Of a DNA stretch of 64,000 bases, positions 1 through 13,285 are shown in pieces. Position 1 is the first letter of the stretch; every line of letters starts with the position of its first letter. The translations under genes were made by a program, and so were the position numbers. Below the pieces are notes generated by a model that did not search any database, was not told where the DNA came from, and saw only the letters and a list, made by a program, of their open reading frames with translations. Where the stretch lies: contig OX597814.1 of the NCBI GenBank assembly GCA_951406725.2, positions 125,984,001 through 126,048,000 on the forward strand, read 5' to 3'. This DNA comes from Octopus vulgaris (lineage: Eukaryota).

Positions 1-275
1 ATACCCTGGTGTGTGTGTTATTGCTTGTGTGTACCCTTGTCTTAACATCACAGGAATGTTATAAATGGCTATCATTGCCATACAAGTGGTATTGTTCATT
101 TGTAGCTTTCTATGAAAAAGATGTTCTTACCATGGGGAAATATCTTGCTTGGAAACAAGTGAGGGTTGGTGTCAAAGATCATCAGACTGTATAAAAATCT
201 GCCTTAAAAATTATGTCCGACCCATATTAGCCTGGAATACTAGGCATCAAATGATGATGGTGGTGGTGATGGTGA
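1..275 (+). mobile_element. 3' part of a degenerate (GAT)n-tailed SINE-like element
   Basis: Ends in ...gacccatattagcctggaatactaggcatcaaatgatgatgg, resembling the ...aacccatgctagcatggaaagcggatgttaaacgatgatg tail of younger copies at 46412-46513 and 39125-39322. Confidence 0.55.
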
Positions 276-859
276 TGAAGAAGACCTTCATTTGTATATA
301 AAACTGAAAAATTAATCTCTTGTTTTTGCATAAAGTCCACTTTAATTTTATTGATGTGTAACTTTAAATATTAATTATCCAAGATATTAAACTTAAATTT
401 CAATGATGTACTTTTATATCATTAGCAGCATTGATGGTATCATCATCATAATCATCTTCATTAGTTTAGCACTACTTTATGTATTTATTTCATTGCTATA
501 TAATGTTTTATATGGTTTTAATAGATCTGCATACATGTTTAAAGTTCAAACATTAATATATACATGTTAATGTTTAATAAGTTGTTGTTGTTTTGTGTGT
601 GTGTGTGTGTTTTATATATATTTCATAATATGAAAATGGATGACAGAGGCATTGTCAGGCCACGCCGAAGAAGACAATAACCCCAAATAAGAACTGACAC
701 AAACCATAATGACCTGTCCAACACTTGTCAGTATAGAAAGCAGAGTACATAATATGTACACACACAAACAAACTACACACATTATGTATACACTAAAGCT
801 AAACACACAAGTTTACAAGTAGTGTGTTGGCACATTATCTAAATAGAGTGGTAATATGT

Positions 860-1380
860 AGTAGTATCACCTACTTTTCTAATACTAGAACATATACTAA
901 ACTTAGAATTTTTCTTGGGGTTGCTTAAAATCTTTCCTTTAACCACATCATAGCACCACATTTTGAACAATTTTCATCCATGTTCACATTTTTCCATCCA
1001 TCATTTCTGTTCTTACGACTATGAATTTATCATCTGTCTTATGTTTTGAATCAGCTTCCCCTATCTGTTCTGGTTCTTTTTTTAAAGCAGCCAATGCAGT
1101 CCTTTCTTCTTGTTTGAAGTGTTCTTGCATTAGTGAATCCTATTTCGGTTTATAGCCTACGTATTGCTTGTTCAGATGTTTCAAGTTCTTCCCTTGCATT
1201 AGATTTTCTTCTGTCATTTACTTGTCTTTGTGGTTTTTGATCTGGACTTTCATGTGCCCTTCTATTAGCCATTTTTTTTTGTCTGTTATTTTCTTAGGTT
1301 TGTAATCTTAGTAGTTTGTAAGCTACAACAGATATGGTCCCTGTTGTGATGATATCTCTTTTCACTGGATGACATTGTTG
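860..1380 (-). mobile_element. Highly decayed non-LTR retrotransposon RT fragment (possibly R4/Dong-like)
   Basis: Minus-strand peptides PVKRDIITTG (cf. RGIxQGD) and NMDENCSKC (cf. GMxFxxxKC) are only faintly RT-like; many stops. Confidence 0.25.
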
Positions 1381-3829
1381 TATTCTTGTTACTTTCTTTT
1401 TTTTCCCCCCATTCTCCTTCTCCTCTCTTTTTTCTCTTTCTCTCCCTTGCTTCTCTCTCTTTTTTTCTCTCACCCTCCCTCTCTATTACTCTTGGGTTCT
1501 TGATATTGAAATGTCTTTTAAACTACCTAAATTGATTACAGTGTTAAACAGTGAAATTTAGTAAAGTAAGTCTAAAACGAAACTCAAAAAATTTGCCACA
1601 CACAGAGAAAGATTAAATTGTTTTAATTATACTCACACTCACAGGCACACAAGCAAGCAGACACATGCTTGCACACACATGTACACACACTTTGATGGAA
1701 TAATATGTATACACACACTAACATACACACACATCAATGAAAATACAGGTACATAGACATTGACAAAAAAAAATCACACATACTTATAAATGAACTGTCA
1801 CAAACAGATGATGAACACATGTAAACCAACACATTTGTACACATTGTCAGAGAGTTACAACATGCACATGCACACAGGTGTATGCAGATAAGCACACCGC
1901 CAAAAACTTAAAATACACACATTTATAAACAGAACCAGATAAATACAGCCACAAACCTATATACACATTCACACAATCACATCTGCCTGATTAAAATTCT
2001 ATTTCTAAAGTCAAACCTTCTTTTCCTTTCCTCTCCTGCTCATTTTCATATCTTCTTATTTTCCTTCCTCGTTTGCACTCTCCACTGGTAAATACTGTTA
2101 TTACCACTCAATCCAACACACCCACCTTTTCTTTTAACATTAACTTCTCACCACTTACCCTGCCTCCTAACGTTTTCATTATATTAACACCTACATTAAC
2201 AGCATATTTATCTGAATATGTGCGTAATGAAAGATTTAACTGAGAGGTTAATAGATATATAAAGATAGATGTTTAATTGTTCATTACAAAGTTACATCAT
2301 ATGCATTGGCTTAACTAATATTTAGTTAGTTTTCAATTTATTCAACTTTATATGTCTGTTAAGATACAAAGATCTGTGGAACATGAAAAGAAAAGAAAAA
2401 TACCTTTACAAGTATGTCCGCATGCTCACACACATTTCCACACATATATGCATATATACATGTATTTACATATATTCAGGTATCAAAGAGATATTTTTTC
2501 TGTTATCTCCATTCACAAATATGTGGAACTCGGAGTAGCAGCAGAGTGAATCATCAGCTTTGAATAAAGAAATATATTCTATTATATGTTTTGAGTACTC
2601 AGTTTCTTGTTTGTGTCTCAAACTGTACACACACACACACATATAGTTATTCATCTGAAGCTGATGATTTATACTGTAACTAGTCTGTTATAGAGACAGA
2701 GCTGACATGAGCTATTGACACATACACTCACTGAAACATATTGTAATTTACTCCCTGATGATTCTCAATTTCAAATATTGATTTTGAGCCAAAACTTTTA
2801 TTCCTAACCAAGTATGTTTTCATTATTTTCTGATACCAAATGAAAGTGGGTGGTAGCAAAAGATGAATATGTTTGTCTCCTAGCTTGAACCTTGTTATTT
2901 TGAATATTGCTATCAGGTGTGTATTATGTTCTTGAGCAAGATACTCCACTCTCTCAGACATTCACTAACTCAGTCAATATAGTAAATTTTTATTGTCATA
3001 CTTTTACTATCATTATCATTAACATTGTTGTTGTTATCATCATCATCATCATCATTATAATCATCATTCACTATATTCATTCATTTTTAAAACAGTAGGT
3101 TGAAATTTGTAAGAGATTTTGTTGCTATTTTTAGTGGGTGAAGCAGCTACATGGAAATTTCTTTGTCTCGCATCATCAACATTATCATCATTATCATCAT
3201 TGACTGTGGCAGTGGTATCACCATCCTCATCATTGTCCTTAATATTCACATCATCATTATCAGTAGCAGTGCCGTAGTGTCACCAAATTTATCATCACTA
3301 TCATCATCTTCACTCTCATCATCATCACCAACATCATCCTCATCATTATCTTCCTCCTGGCTATCACCACCATAATCATTCTTATTCATCATTATCATCT
3401 GCATCTTCATCATCATTATAAATATTTGATTGAGATATTTACAAGATCAGATATAAACTTCTTGAACAAAAAAAGAAAAAAGGAACCAAACAAAAATTTC
3501 AAAAACTCAATAAAACAATAAAAAAAAACCAAATCATCTTTCATCAGAGAGATACTAGTCACATCTGTACTGAGATAAAAATTTGATAAACTAAACTTTG
3601 TAGAATTAGCATCTCATTCTGTAGATAGTAATCTCTTAATAATTCTATATAGTGTTAGTATTTTGATAGTCATTTTGTATAATTGGATAAAGATGCAGGA
3701 TGAAATTATGTTATAGAAAGACATGAAACAAAATGACTGAAAAAAAATCATTCAATTTTATTGATTTTATTACAGTTCTGACCATATTATTATGAATATG
3801 CACTGGAGGATATATACTGCATACATTCT

Positions 3830-4335
3830 TTTTATTCTATTTACTGATTTCAATCATTAGACTACAGCCATGCTAGGACACCACTTTAAGAAGTGTTAGT
3901 TGATTTTACTAACTTTGACATCACCATTCTTGCTACCACAGCACTTATTTCAGTCTGATACCTATTTTATTGATTCCTGTTTGTTAAACTGCTTAGTTAC
4001 AGGACATGAAAAAACTACACCATTTTTGTTTTGTTTTGACTAGTGTACACATAAACATACACATTGCACACTCAGGCATGCACAAAACGTGTGTGTGTGT
4101 GTGTGCAAACTCTTGGATAAAAAATAAAAGAGACCAAAAGAAAGAGAACTCAATCCAAGTTATATAATTTCCAAAGAGCTATTGAGATTAGTAAAAACTA
4201 AAATTCTTTTCTAAAACAATAAATCTGTAAAGTTTATTGCTGAAGGTGAGACTATAGTTGAAAATATGAACACTCTTGTCTAAGATACCTTATAGTGTGA
4301 TCGAACTTGAGACTGCGTGATTGTGATGACCATGT
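3830..4335 (-). mobile_element. Degenerate tRNA/CORE-type SINE copy
   Basis: tttcaatcattagactacagccatgctaggacaccac and cactcttgtctaagataccttatagtgtgatcgaac match the reverse complement of the 46578-46974 copy. Confidence 0.6.
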
Positions 4336-4496
4336 TTTTTGTTAGTATATCTATTCATCATGTAACTATTGATTTATGTTAAGAAAATCAGATTAGATAT
4401 AAATAAAAATTAAATCTTAAATGTTGTGTCTATTCAGCTGTCCTTTGTTTAGTGATATGACAAAAAGAGATTAAATCATTTGAGTGTAAAAGAGAG

Positions 4497-4745
4497 ACTT
4501 ACTTTACTTAGACTTCCCCTACATTTCAAGATGTAGGCAGCAAGCTTCTTCCAGCATGGTTGATCTGCCACAGATTTTCCTGCTCCTATCCAAATGGTCC
4601 TCGTGCATTTCAGGTCTTCCTCAAAAGACTAGTGTCAGATATTATTGGGCTGGCTCTTTTCTCGGTTTCCTTCTTCCAGTATTCATGTTATTGCTGTCTG
4701 TTTACCAAATAGCCACCATATGCAAAATGTAGCCTGCCAGGTAAA
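4497..4745 (-). mobile_element. RTE-clade LINE 3' end (decayed)
   Basis: Minus translation LAGYILHM...EEGNREKSQP...FEEDL...W...VADQPCWKKLAA resembles the RTE C-terminus (WxGHILR...GxRxxGRP...DL...AxDRxxWR). Ends in a taagtaaagtaag tail. Confidence 0.6.
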
Positions 4746-5524
4746 GCTGTTAACAGTGCTTGCTGCATGAAAACTGAATAGTAAAGTGGTTGTTATCATA
4801 TTTGATTCAATAAGTCAAGAAATTTCAATATATTACTGATTTGTCTAAATGATTAATTCTAATAAAAATGAGACAGAAAGAGACAACTCCAAAATTTTAA
4901 TTAAATAAATATGGAATGTTAGTGAGGAAGTAAATCTGCTCTTTATGAGACCAGTGACAACCTTGGATATGTTTCAGTCATTAAAATGTAGACTTACAAA
5001 AGAGTTTTGTAAACTGAAAACAAACAACAAAACATTTGTGACAGTCTGAAAATATTTTTATCAAATAATCAAATTGTCAGTTTTGGGAGAAATTTTTATC
5101 CATTTTTGAAATTTTGTACAGTTCATTGATTACAATATTCTGGAGTATTAATTTTCAGCCTCTATCTTTTCACACTTGCTATTTTGTCTTGAGAATTAAA
5201 AACAGGAAAAAAAAAAAAAGAAACATCATTTCTACAAATTTTCAGTTTAATTTCTCATTGAAGTCAATTTATCTCTTTCATTTGAAAGATTTCTTTAACT
5301 AAAACAAACCCTAATCTTGAAATTTAAGAGAATTAATATTTTCAGCTTATGTAAATCAATTACCCTCTGTTTTAATTAATTTACAGTGAGCTTAATTATT
5401 TATAATCTTAACACTATTTGAGCTTATCTTTGCATTTTGCAATGAAGCTTTGAACCTCTCTCTCTCCTTCTTCCACACCAGATAGAAATGTTTACTTGTT
5501 GTTGATAATAACAGATCTTAGATC

Positions 5525-5527
<3 letters not shown>

Positions 5528-5597
<70 letters not shown>
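5528..5597. repeat. (TG)n microsatellite
   Basis: Direct reading; source of the CVCVCV ORF. Confidence 0.95.
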
Positions 5598-5600
<3 letters not shown>

Positions 5601-6589
5601 CAAGAGAAGAAGGGAGAAGAGATAGTTACTATCATTGTTATTGTTATCATCATCATCATGACTACCACCATATCATCATCATCATCATAATCATCATCAT
5701 TATGATACTGAGATATAAGGCTGGTATTGGACTAAACAATCAAATTCCCCAGAAGTGACTTTTAATAATTTGCAAACAGTCGACGTTTTAATTGTGGTTT
5801 ACATTGGCAATTCCTCAAACTGTGAAACTTCTAATTTGAGTAGATAACTCTCAGATACAGTCACCAACCAACGTTACTGGTTTGTTATAACTATAATAAA
5901 GGTGATATAATCACACAACATAATAAGCTGCCACCAACTCAATTTCACTTCTGTATTGTTTACTGAACATATTAATTATCTAATAACTGACACAGCATAT
6001 TGCTGTAGACATGATCAGTGATTCTTAGAGAGTTTAATGTTTAATTACACATTTCCCACATCGTCTGCTTTTCCTCCAGTGAAATAAAGCATTGTTGTAG
6101 TAAGAGCAAATGAGTGGAGATCAGAGATTAAACGATAACTTAAACATTTAATTTTGCTGCCAACCCACTTCTAATAACATGTATTATATCTAATTTAATT
6201 TAATTTCATATTTTGATCACAATTTTGGTTTCTCTTTTATGACTGTACTAAAATCTTTTACAAGCTATTTACACTTGTATACTAATATTGACTTGAAGAA
6301 TTTCTGAGACTTAGTTCTGAAAATTTCTCTGAAGCTAATATTATCTAATATTTATGTACTTGTCTTATCAAAGCTGTAGACATTTTATTTATTTGTATTC
6401 ATTTCTTCCTAAGACATGATTGGTTGAGAGAGTTCACTTTCTGTGGCTTCTTTTACATTCTGGTACAAAACCTCAAAACTGTTTTTTTACTCTAAAAGAA
6501 CAACAGGTGGATTCAGAGATGAATTAACAGAATTTATTGATAGAAATGTGACACAAGGGAATCCAAAGAGTCAGTTTTCAAGGCTGTCA

Positions 6590-6722
6590 TCACCGTCATT
6601 TAATGTCCATGTTCCATGCTGGTACGGGTTAGACAGTTTGACAGGATTTGATGTGTCCAAGGACGGCATTGAGTTCCAATGTCTATTTTGGCGTGGTTTC
6701 TACAACTGGATGTATGCATGCT
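6590..6722 (-). mobile_element. (GAT)n-tailed SINE-like element, 3' fragment
   Basis: catttaatgtccatgttccatgctggtacgggttagacag...tttctacaactggatg matches the family at 27016 and 57968. Confidence 0.65.
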
Positions 6723-6944
6723 AATAATTTTCTCCAGTTCAAGTGGTAGCAATTGTTTGGGATTATCCGACATTGGACCACAGTAAGGGTTTTGTTTTCT
6801 TTATACCAAGACACTTATTTTTAACAAGCTTTAGCTCAGGCCATTTAGCAAAGTTGTCAGAAAGACTATTGTTTTATCCAGGGGAGATGTGTTCACACTC
6901 ACTTAATCATTTCATAACCTCATACCTTATGCATGTTTCAATTA

Positions 6945-7132
6945 ATTTTTTTAAATAATCTGAAATTTAGATGAGTTTAGTAAAATAACTGATGTTTGTA
7001 ACATGATTTAACATAAGTTTCATACATAAAATTATGATGGAAGCTTAAAAGTTAAATATAAACACTTTAAAATATACACTTTTTATGATAGAATCAGGGC
7101 GGTGTCGAGTGGGTTGGTATTGAAAGGGTTAA
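6945..7132. mobile_element. Right end of a piggyBac-like MITE
   Basis: Terminates in ...ggtattgaaAGGG-TTAA, the same terminus type as 29482-29700. The left end is not visible. Confidence 0.4.
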
Positions 7133-7984
7133 CTTTCCAGGAGGTAGAATTAAGTATTAACAGTTTTTAGTTTGAGTTTATCCTCTTGTTTTAATTAACA
7201 TTGTTTCACATGGCAGCTACTACCAGTCAAAATAATAGGGCATTGGATAATTGACTAATGGTACAACAGTTCAGATCTTTTTGCTGTATTCTTTGTATAA
7301 AGACACTCCTTAGAAATGTCTCAATCCACCCAAATCAAAATAGATACCATGCATGATGCAACTCATTGCAATAGGTAACAAAATAGCTCTTTAATTTATA
7401 ATTATTCCTTTAACTTGTACTAATAAAAATGAAATACTTCTATGATTATAGAATTTGACTCTCTTAGAGAGAACAGGCTGCACTAGGTTGACATTCCTTA
7501 AATACTCAGTGTAAAGAAAATGTCTGCATGTACTGTGCCTATGATCAAATGGACAATGTTTTATTTTTTTATATTGAATTTACATGGAAGAGGCTTATGG
7601 CTATTTTTGACCTGAGTCTTCTGAGACATGGATTAGATTAACATTTCTCTTGAATAAGTTGCAAGTTAATGACCGGAGGAAAAAAACATAGGCAGTGTGG
7701 AATTCAAGAGAGTAACAATAACAAGGAAAGATTGAGTAGAGTGGTTAATACACATCTAGGACATTTTAGGTTAAGTGACACTCTGTCCAAGATACTGTGG
7801 GAGCAATACTCCATTTTGAGTCTCACCTGATTGCAGGTTAATGTTAATAGTTCCAGGAAAAGGATAAGAAAATGGGTATCCAACATAAATGTATTTGTTC
7901 TTGGAATAATTAGCTGTTACATATTTGCTTCTTTAACTTGCTATCTATTTTATTTCATGGCTCATAATAATATTGGTTTGTTAC

Positions 7985-8260
7985 ATAGACACAAGTCCTG
8001 GAATTTGAATGGGGAAAGTACAGTTGATTATATCAACCCCTAGTACTTTATTTTGTCAATTCTAGAAGGATGCAAAGCAGAGTTAACATTGGCAAGATTT
8101 GAGCTCAAAATAAGATCTGATACAATTATTGCAATGCTTCTGTTACTCCTGCTTAACAATTTTACCAGTCAACTGCCCTATCAACTGATAATTTATTTTT
8201 TTAATACTAGAAGGATGAAAGGGAAAGTCAACAGTGGTGAGATTTGAACTCAGAACATGG
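7985..8260 (-). mobile_element. (ATT)n-tailed SINE family, degenerate copy with partial duplication
   Basis: ggatgcaaagcagagttaacattggcaagatttgagctca and ggatgaaagggaaagtcaacagtggtgagatttgaactcagaac match the reverse complement of 15915-16197. Confidence 0.55.
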
Positions 8261-8772
8261 TTGACTTTATCTTTCGAATAAAATTGATAAATCTTAGCAA
8301 CCAATCAGCTGCAAGTTAAATTACTACTTTTAGAAATGCTTTCATTCCAATTTTTTTTTATGTAACTTTTTAGTTTTATATTAAAATCAAATAGTTTTGA
8401 ATAAAATTTATTTTCTTATGTTGCTATAAAGATCTGATTATGTTACTAGTTTTTTTTTCTCTTTTTCTTTCTCCTAGGAGCTTAACTACATCCTATTTAT
8501 TTTTATGAGTCAAAATAAAAAAGAAACAAGAATATTAAATCTCTCAAAATAGTATTAGAATCTCAAAGAGATTCTTCTAAACTGATATGTTCATCCACAA
8601 AATAAACCTTTCTTTGAACTGTATTCTTTGTGTTTAAATCTGACTTAATTAAAAGCTTCTAAGGTTATTACATTGATATTAGTTTTCAGATACTAAGTCA
8701 AATCTTTCTACAAATATTTTATAATTTTCTGTTTTTGTTTTTATTTCTTTATTCAAAAATCAAAATTGTAAA

Positions 8773-8845
8773 TACTAATAATTAACTCTTCTTTTATTTT
8801 TCAGGTAAGTGATAACCATACTGATTCCATTCCACAAATGTAAGT
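8773..8845 (+). other. Candidate splice module: branch point, 3' splice site directly followed by a 5' splice site (AG|GTAAGT), and a 35-nt exon (8805-8839) closed by a second GTAAGT
   Basis: TACTAAT (8773-8779), ctcttcttttatttttcAG (AG at 8803-8804), GTAAGT (8805-8810), AAT|GTAAGT (8840-8845). Only one frame of the 35 nt is open: VSDNHTDSIPQ. Confidence 0.65.
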
Positions 8846-9892
8846 CGAAAACATCTCAATTTTCAACTTTGTTATAAATTATATATTATTTTTACATATT
8901 CTGTTTTACTTGTACTACAGTGTTTTTTTTTGTTTTTTTTTATCAGTCTTCACTCTATTAAACTTGTATTATTCACTCTTGAATAACCACCACTGTTCTG
9001 CAGTTGTGATCATACAAGTTGACAAAATACATAGAATTAGTGAATTAGCATTTGTATCAGTCTAGTTAGTTTCAATCAATCGACATCAAATTCTTTAGAA
9101 AGAAATTTACTGATTTTATGTAATAATATTTCCAGTTACCCTTATCTTATTTCTGACTCCTTTCAATTAAATGTCAACCATCTGCATGATGTCATTGATG
9201 TCAAGATGTAGACAAGGTTGACAACTGTCCCCCTCTTCATTATCTTTACTATTTTTTCCAACCTTGGTGCACAAATCCTAAGTGCCTTTTATGTATACAT
9301 AATTTCCCATTTCCTTATGCCAGTAGATTGTGATGAATGAAGATTCCCAGTGGTACATATAACATAACTTAATTGTTGTTTAACTAGTGTTGATGTTGAG
9401 AAGTAAATTTAGTTGTAAATATATATGTATATATGTGTGTGAGAGAGCATGTGTGTTTGTGTGTGTGTTTCCACCCACAATTCATAGAAATCTCTAAAAC
9501 AATACAACAAACTCAATGTTTCCTGAATCTAAATCTCTGAGAACCATGTTTTATTACACTATAAGAGCAAATGAACCCTCAGGTGCAAGCATACTCTAAT
9601 TATAGATGTATTTTAACATTATATAAATACTGACACAAAAATATCTCCAGAAATATTCTATATTGGCATCTCAAATATGTATTTCTTTTTAAAATTATTT
9701 TATTATGATATAAGGGCAATACTCATGATTTCTCCATGGGCTCAACTCCAACACAGATAGCAGGTGAGGGGTAGGAAATTACTCTCAGGCCAGAGTAACA
9801 AAGTAGACACTGGGGCTAGATGTTGGTGTTCAGCAGAGCAACAGATCAAGTCTACCATTTAAGAACTAGTGCAGTCCATTTAGCAGGCTTTT

Positions 9893-10272
9893 ATCCTTTA
9901 TTTGTTTCAGTTATTAAACTGTAGTCATGCCTTGAAGAGCTTTTAGTCAAATGACTTGGCTCCAGTACTTATTTTTTTTAACCTGATACCTATTCTCTCA
10001 GTCTCTTTAGCCAAACTGCTAAATTACAGAGACAAACACACCAACTCTGGTTCACTGGTTGTCAAGCAGTAGTGGGCAATAAACATAGGCACAAATACAC
10101 ACACACATGTGATGGGCTTCTTTCAGTTTTCATCTGCTAAATCCACTCACAAGGTTTTGATCAGCCCAAGACTTTAGTAGAAGATACTTGCCCAATGTGT
10201 CATACAGTGGGATTGAACCTGGAACCGCGTAATTGAGAAGCAAGCTTCTTATCACACAATCATGTCTGCACC
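9893..10272 (-). mobile_element. tRNA/CORE-type SINE, near full length
   Basis: Colinear reverse-complement match to 46578-46974, including the B-box (gattgaacc on plus), the aagatacttgcccaa CORE-like block and the tail. Confidence 0.8.
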
Positions 10273-10552
10273 TATGGTTTCTATATAGTTTCTCTATGGA
10301 ATATTCAGTTTCATTCTCAAGGTTTGAATCAAATTAAGACTAATAGTAGAAGATACTTTCTCTGACTGTAATGCAGTGGTATGAACCTAGAATCTCATGA
10401 TTTGTAAAGGAAACTCTTTTAAGCACAATCGTCTCTCTAACCATAAATTTATATACTTCTGTATAACTATACATTGTGTTTGCATATGTGTGTGTGTGTG
10501 TGCATGCATGTGTGTGTGTATGTGTGCATGCATGTGTGTGTGTGTGTGCGTG

Positions 10553-10588
<36 letters not shown>

Positions 10589-12099
10589 TGTTATATTTAA
10601 TTTATTTTAATTGTATGGGCTGCCATTAATTCATCTTAGGAAAGGAATTTTTTTTTATATTATTAAATTTCCTTTTCTTTCTAAATCTGAAGAAATTCTT
10701 GCTGAGATCAGAGCAGTTGACTCATAAACCTGTGGATCTTAAACATTCAAGATCATGCACATTTCAAATACTTTCAATATATTATAAATTGTTGAAAGAT
10801 TAAAATACAAAATGACAAGTAAAAACTCTAAACTGTCTGTAGCTATTTGCTAAGTACTATTAATAGTTTCAAATTACTTTTATGGAGTTTTATGTATTTT
10901 TATTGTTGTCTTATTTTCAATATTTTTTAAGGCTTTCTATCTCTTTGTTTCCCCCACCTTGCCCTATGAAAGTTCTGTATGATCTTATTGAAGGAACTTA
11001 ATAGAAATAATACTTCTGGAATGGAGTCAGGGATCTTCAGCATGAAAGAAAAAAAATAATAGCTTCTGTAATGCAGATATTTGGCTGACTAATCTAAGTT
11101 GACTTGTTTTTATTAAGAGTGTGGAAGCAATTAGTATGATTTCATTTTTGTCATGAATATCAAGTAGAAACCTACCCTTTTTAAAACTTATTCCCTACCT
11201 CCATTTATTAAAAGAGATCAAATAAAAGCATATATTTTTTTAAATAATTAGCTTTAAAAAAAAAACATGTGAGAGATATTAAAAATTTAGATTTATTCTA
11301 TATTTTATTGATATAGTGATTTTCCTTGTGAAGAATTTCTCTCCTTAAAACAGCACAGTTGAGAAATATAGTTTCACTAGTTTTGTTTGTAATGTTATTT
11401 CATTTCTTTAGAAGTTTGGTCATATTTCTTGGACTTGGCAAAGACTCTTTACTTTTAGTTTCTTAAATCTGCCAAACTAGAGCATCAACACCACTGCCAT
11501 TTCATGGTTGAAGTGTTGCAAAAGCATTCAGCTGTAAATCACAACGTTCAACAATACAAGAAATGGTGAAGTATTAACTGCTCAAGGCTTTGGAATCTTA
11601 GATTTCAGATTCATTTAGTTTTAAAAGAATTTTGTGTGTAGTTTTCAAGTTTGTAGAAAGGTTGCATGTTGCTGAAAGGAAGATAGTTTAGATTTTACAT
11701 TTGAATCTGGACAACTGTGTAATATGTGACCCATGTAACAGAAGATTAATTTCAGGTAATGAATTGAAGGTCAAAGAATGTCTGGCAGTGACAATTTACA
11801 ATTCAGTATCTATTTCTTTCTTTCTTTCTCTTTCTAAATAAAATCAGAATGACCTACTAGTTATAGTATGATAATCTTTGACTCTGTGGTTGTGAGTTCA
11901 AATCTTAGAAAAGTTATTGTGTTAGATATTTTTGTGAAGCAATTTATTTACTTGCTTCACAAAAATACTTTGTCTACTTGGTTTAAGAATATAGATATTC
12001 TGCTTCAATCTTTGGGGTTATGGAGGGCATGTCTTTTAAATTTCACTGTCTGAATTTGTATATCTATGCAATTCATGTTGAAATGGAAAGAAAAACACT

Positions 12100-12406
12100 C
12101 TTTACTCTTGTGCTTGTTTGTTTTAGCCATTGGACAGCAGCCAAGCTGGAGTATTATCTTGAAGGGTTCAGTCAATCATATCAACCACAGTACTTATACA
12201 TCCGTACGTGTGTATGTACATATGTATGCCTGTACTAAAATATTGACTGGCTTCTGTTAATTTTCAGCAACCAGATTCACTTATAAGGCATTGGTTGGTC
12301 CAGAGCTGAAGTAGAAAACATTTGCCAAATGTACCGCACAGTGAATCTGAACTGGAAACCACAAGGTTGCACTGAAAACTTCTTAACCACACAACCATGC
12401 CTGCAC
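12100..12406 (-). mobile_element. tRNA/CORE-type SINE, internally deleted
   Basis: Tail (ttttagccattggacagcagccaagctggag) and head (aaacttcttaaccacacaaccatgcctgcacc) of the family. Confidence 0.7.
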
Positions 12407-13156
12407 CTATATATGTAATTATTAGATATTGTTACATCAGATGTTTTCCCATGCTTCTGAAGATTTGATGATTCTACCAAGTTTGACATTTCTGTTGTTC
12501 AGAACAAACGTGTTAACAATAGATGCCCTTTCTGTGCCAACTGTGCAACACCTTTAAGTCTGAAATGTCAGCTGTTGGTCATTGTACTATCTGCAGTACA
12601 ATTCTTAACAGATTGTAATGTCAAAGTAAAAGGCCGTGAACAAACTATTAGATAGAATGAATGAAAGTAAGGTCATGGATTCACTGAATTTTGTGATTAA
12701 AATTTGATAACAGATTAAATGATGCCTCTTGTATCCAGGTTTTGTTGTTATATAATGCCAAGTTAGTCCAATTAAGTAAACCAATGGTCAAAAGCATTCC
12801 AATAGTGACAATCTTGTCCTTTTATATATATCTACAATTACTTCCTCCATTCTGTCCTGGTTTATTATTTTTTTTTAGATGAGTGCAATTTGAGGAGTTT
12901 GGAGTAATGTTCCTAGAATGATGGTTGATTTCATTGATGATCCCTCATTGGCTTATATCAGAGATTGAAATTTGAAGCAAAAGTGATGAAACTACAACTA
13001 TGTTTTGAAGAAGCTTCATGTTCATCCTTAAACTTTTGTCTTCATTTCAAGAAATTGGGTCTTTCATAGGAATATCTCTTCAAAATTATCCAAACTAATT
13101 TCTTAACTTGTCTACAGATGTAGCATCAACATCTGTCTTTATTCTTATTATATATG

Positions 13157-13285
13157 ATATATCTACAAATGTTTCATTAAGAGATTTTGTTATGACATAA
13201 CGTGGTATAGACAAGTTTGTAAGACATGCAAATCTATACAATTATGCATATGTTATGTTTAAACTCTCAAATTGTCAGGTTATAC
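13157..13285 (-). ncRNA. Type-I hammerhead ribozyme relic with very long stem II (core G8>A)
   Basis: Minus strand: GUAUAAC-CUGACAA-U-[UUGAGAG...CUCUUAA]-U-GAAA-CAUUUG-UA-GAUAUAU. Stem I pairs 6/7. Stem II holds nested helices ACAUAAC/GUUAUGU and GUAUAGA/UCUAUAC. Confidence 0.6.
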
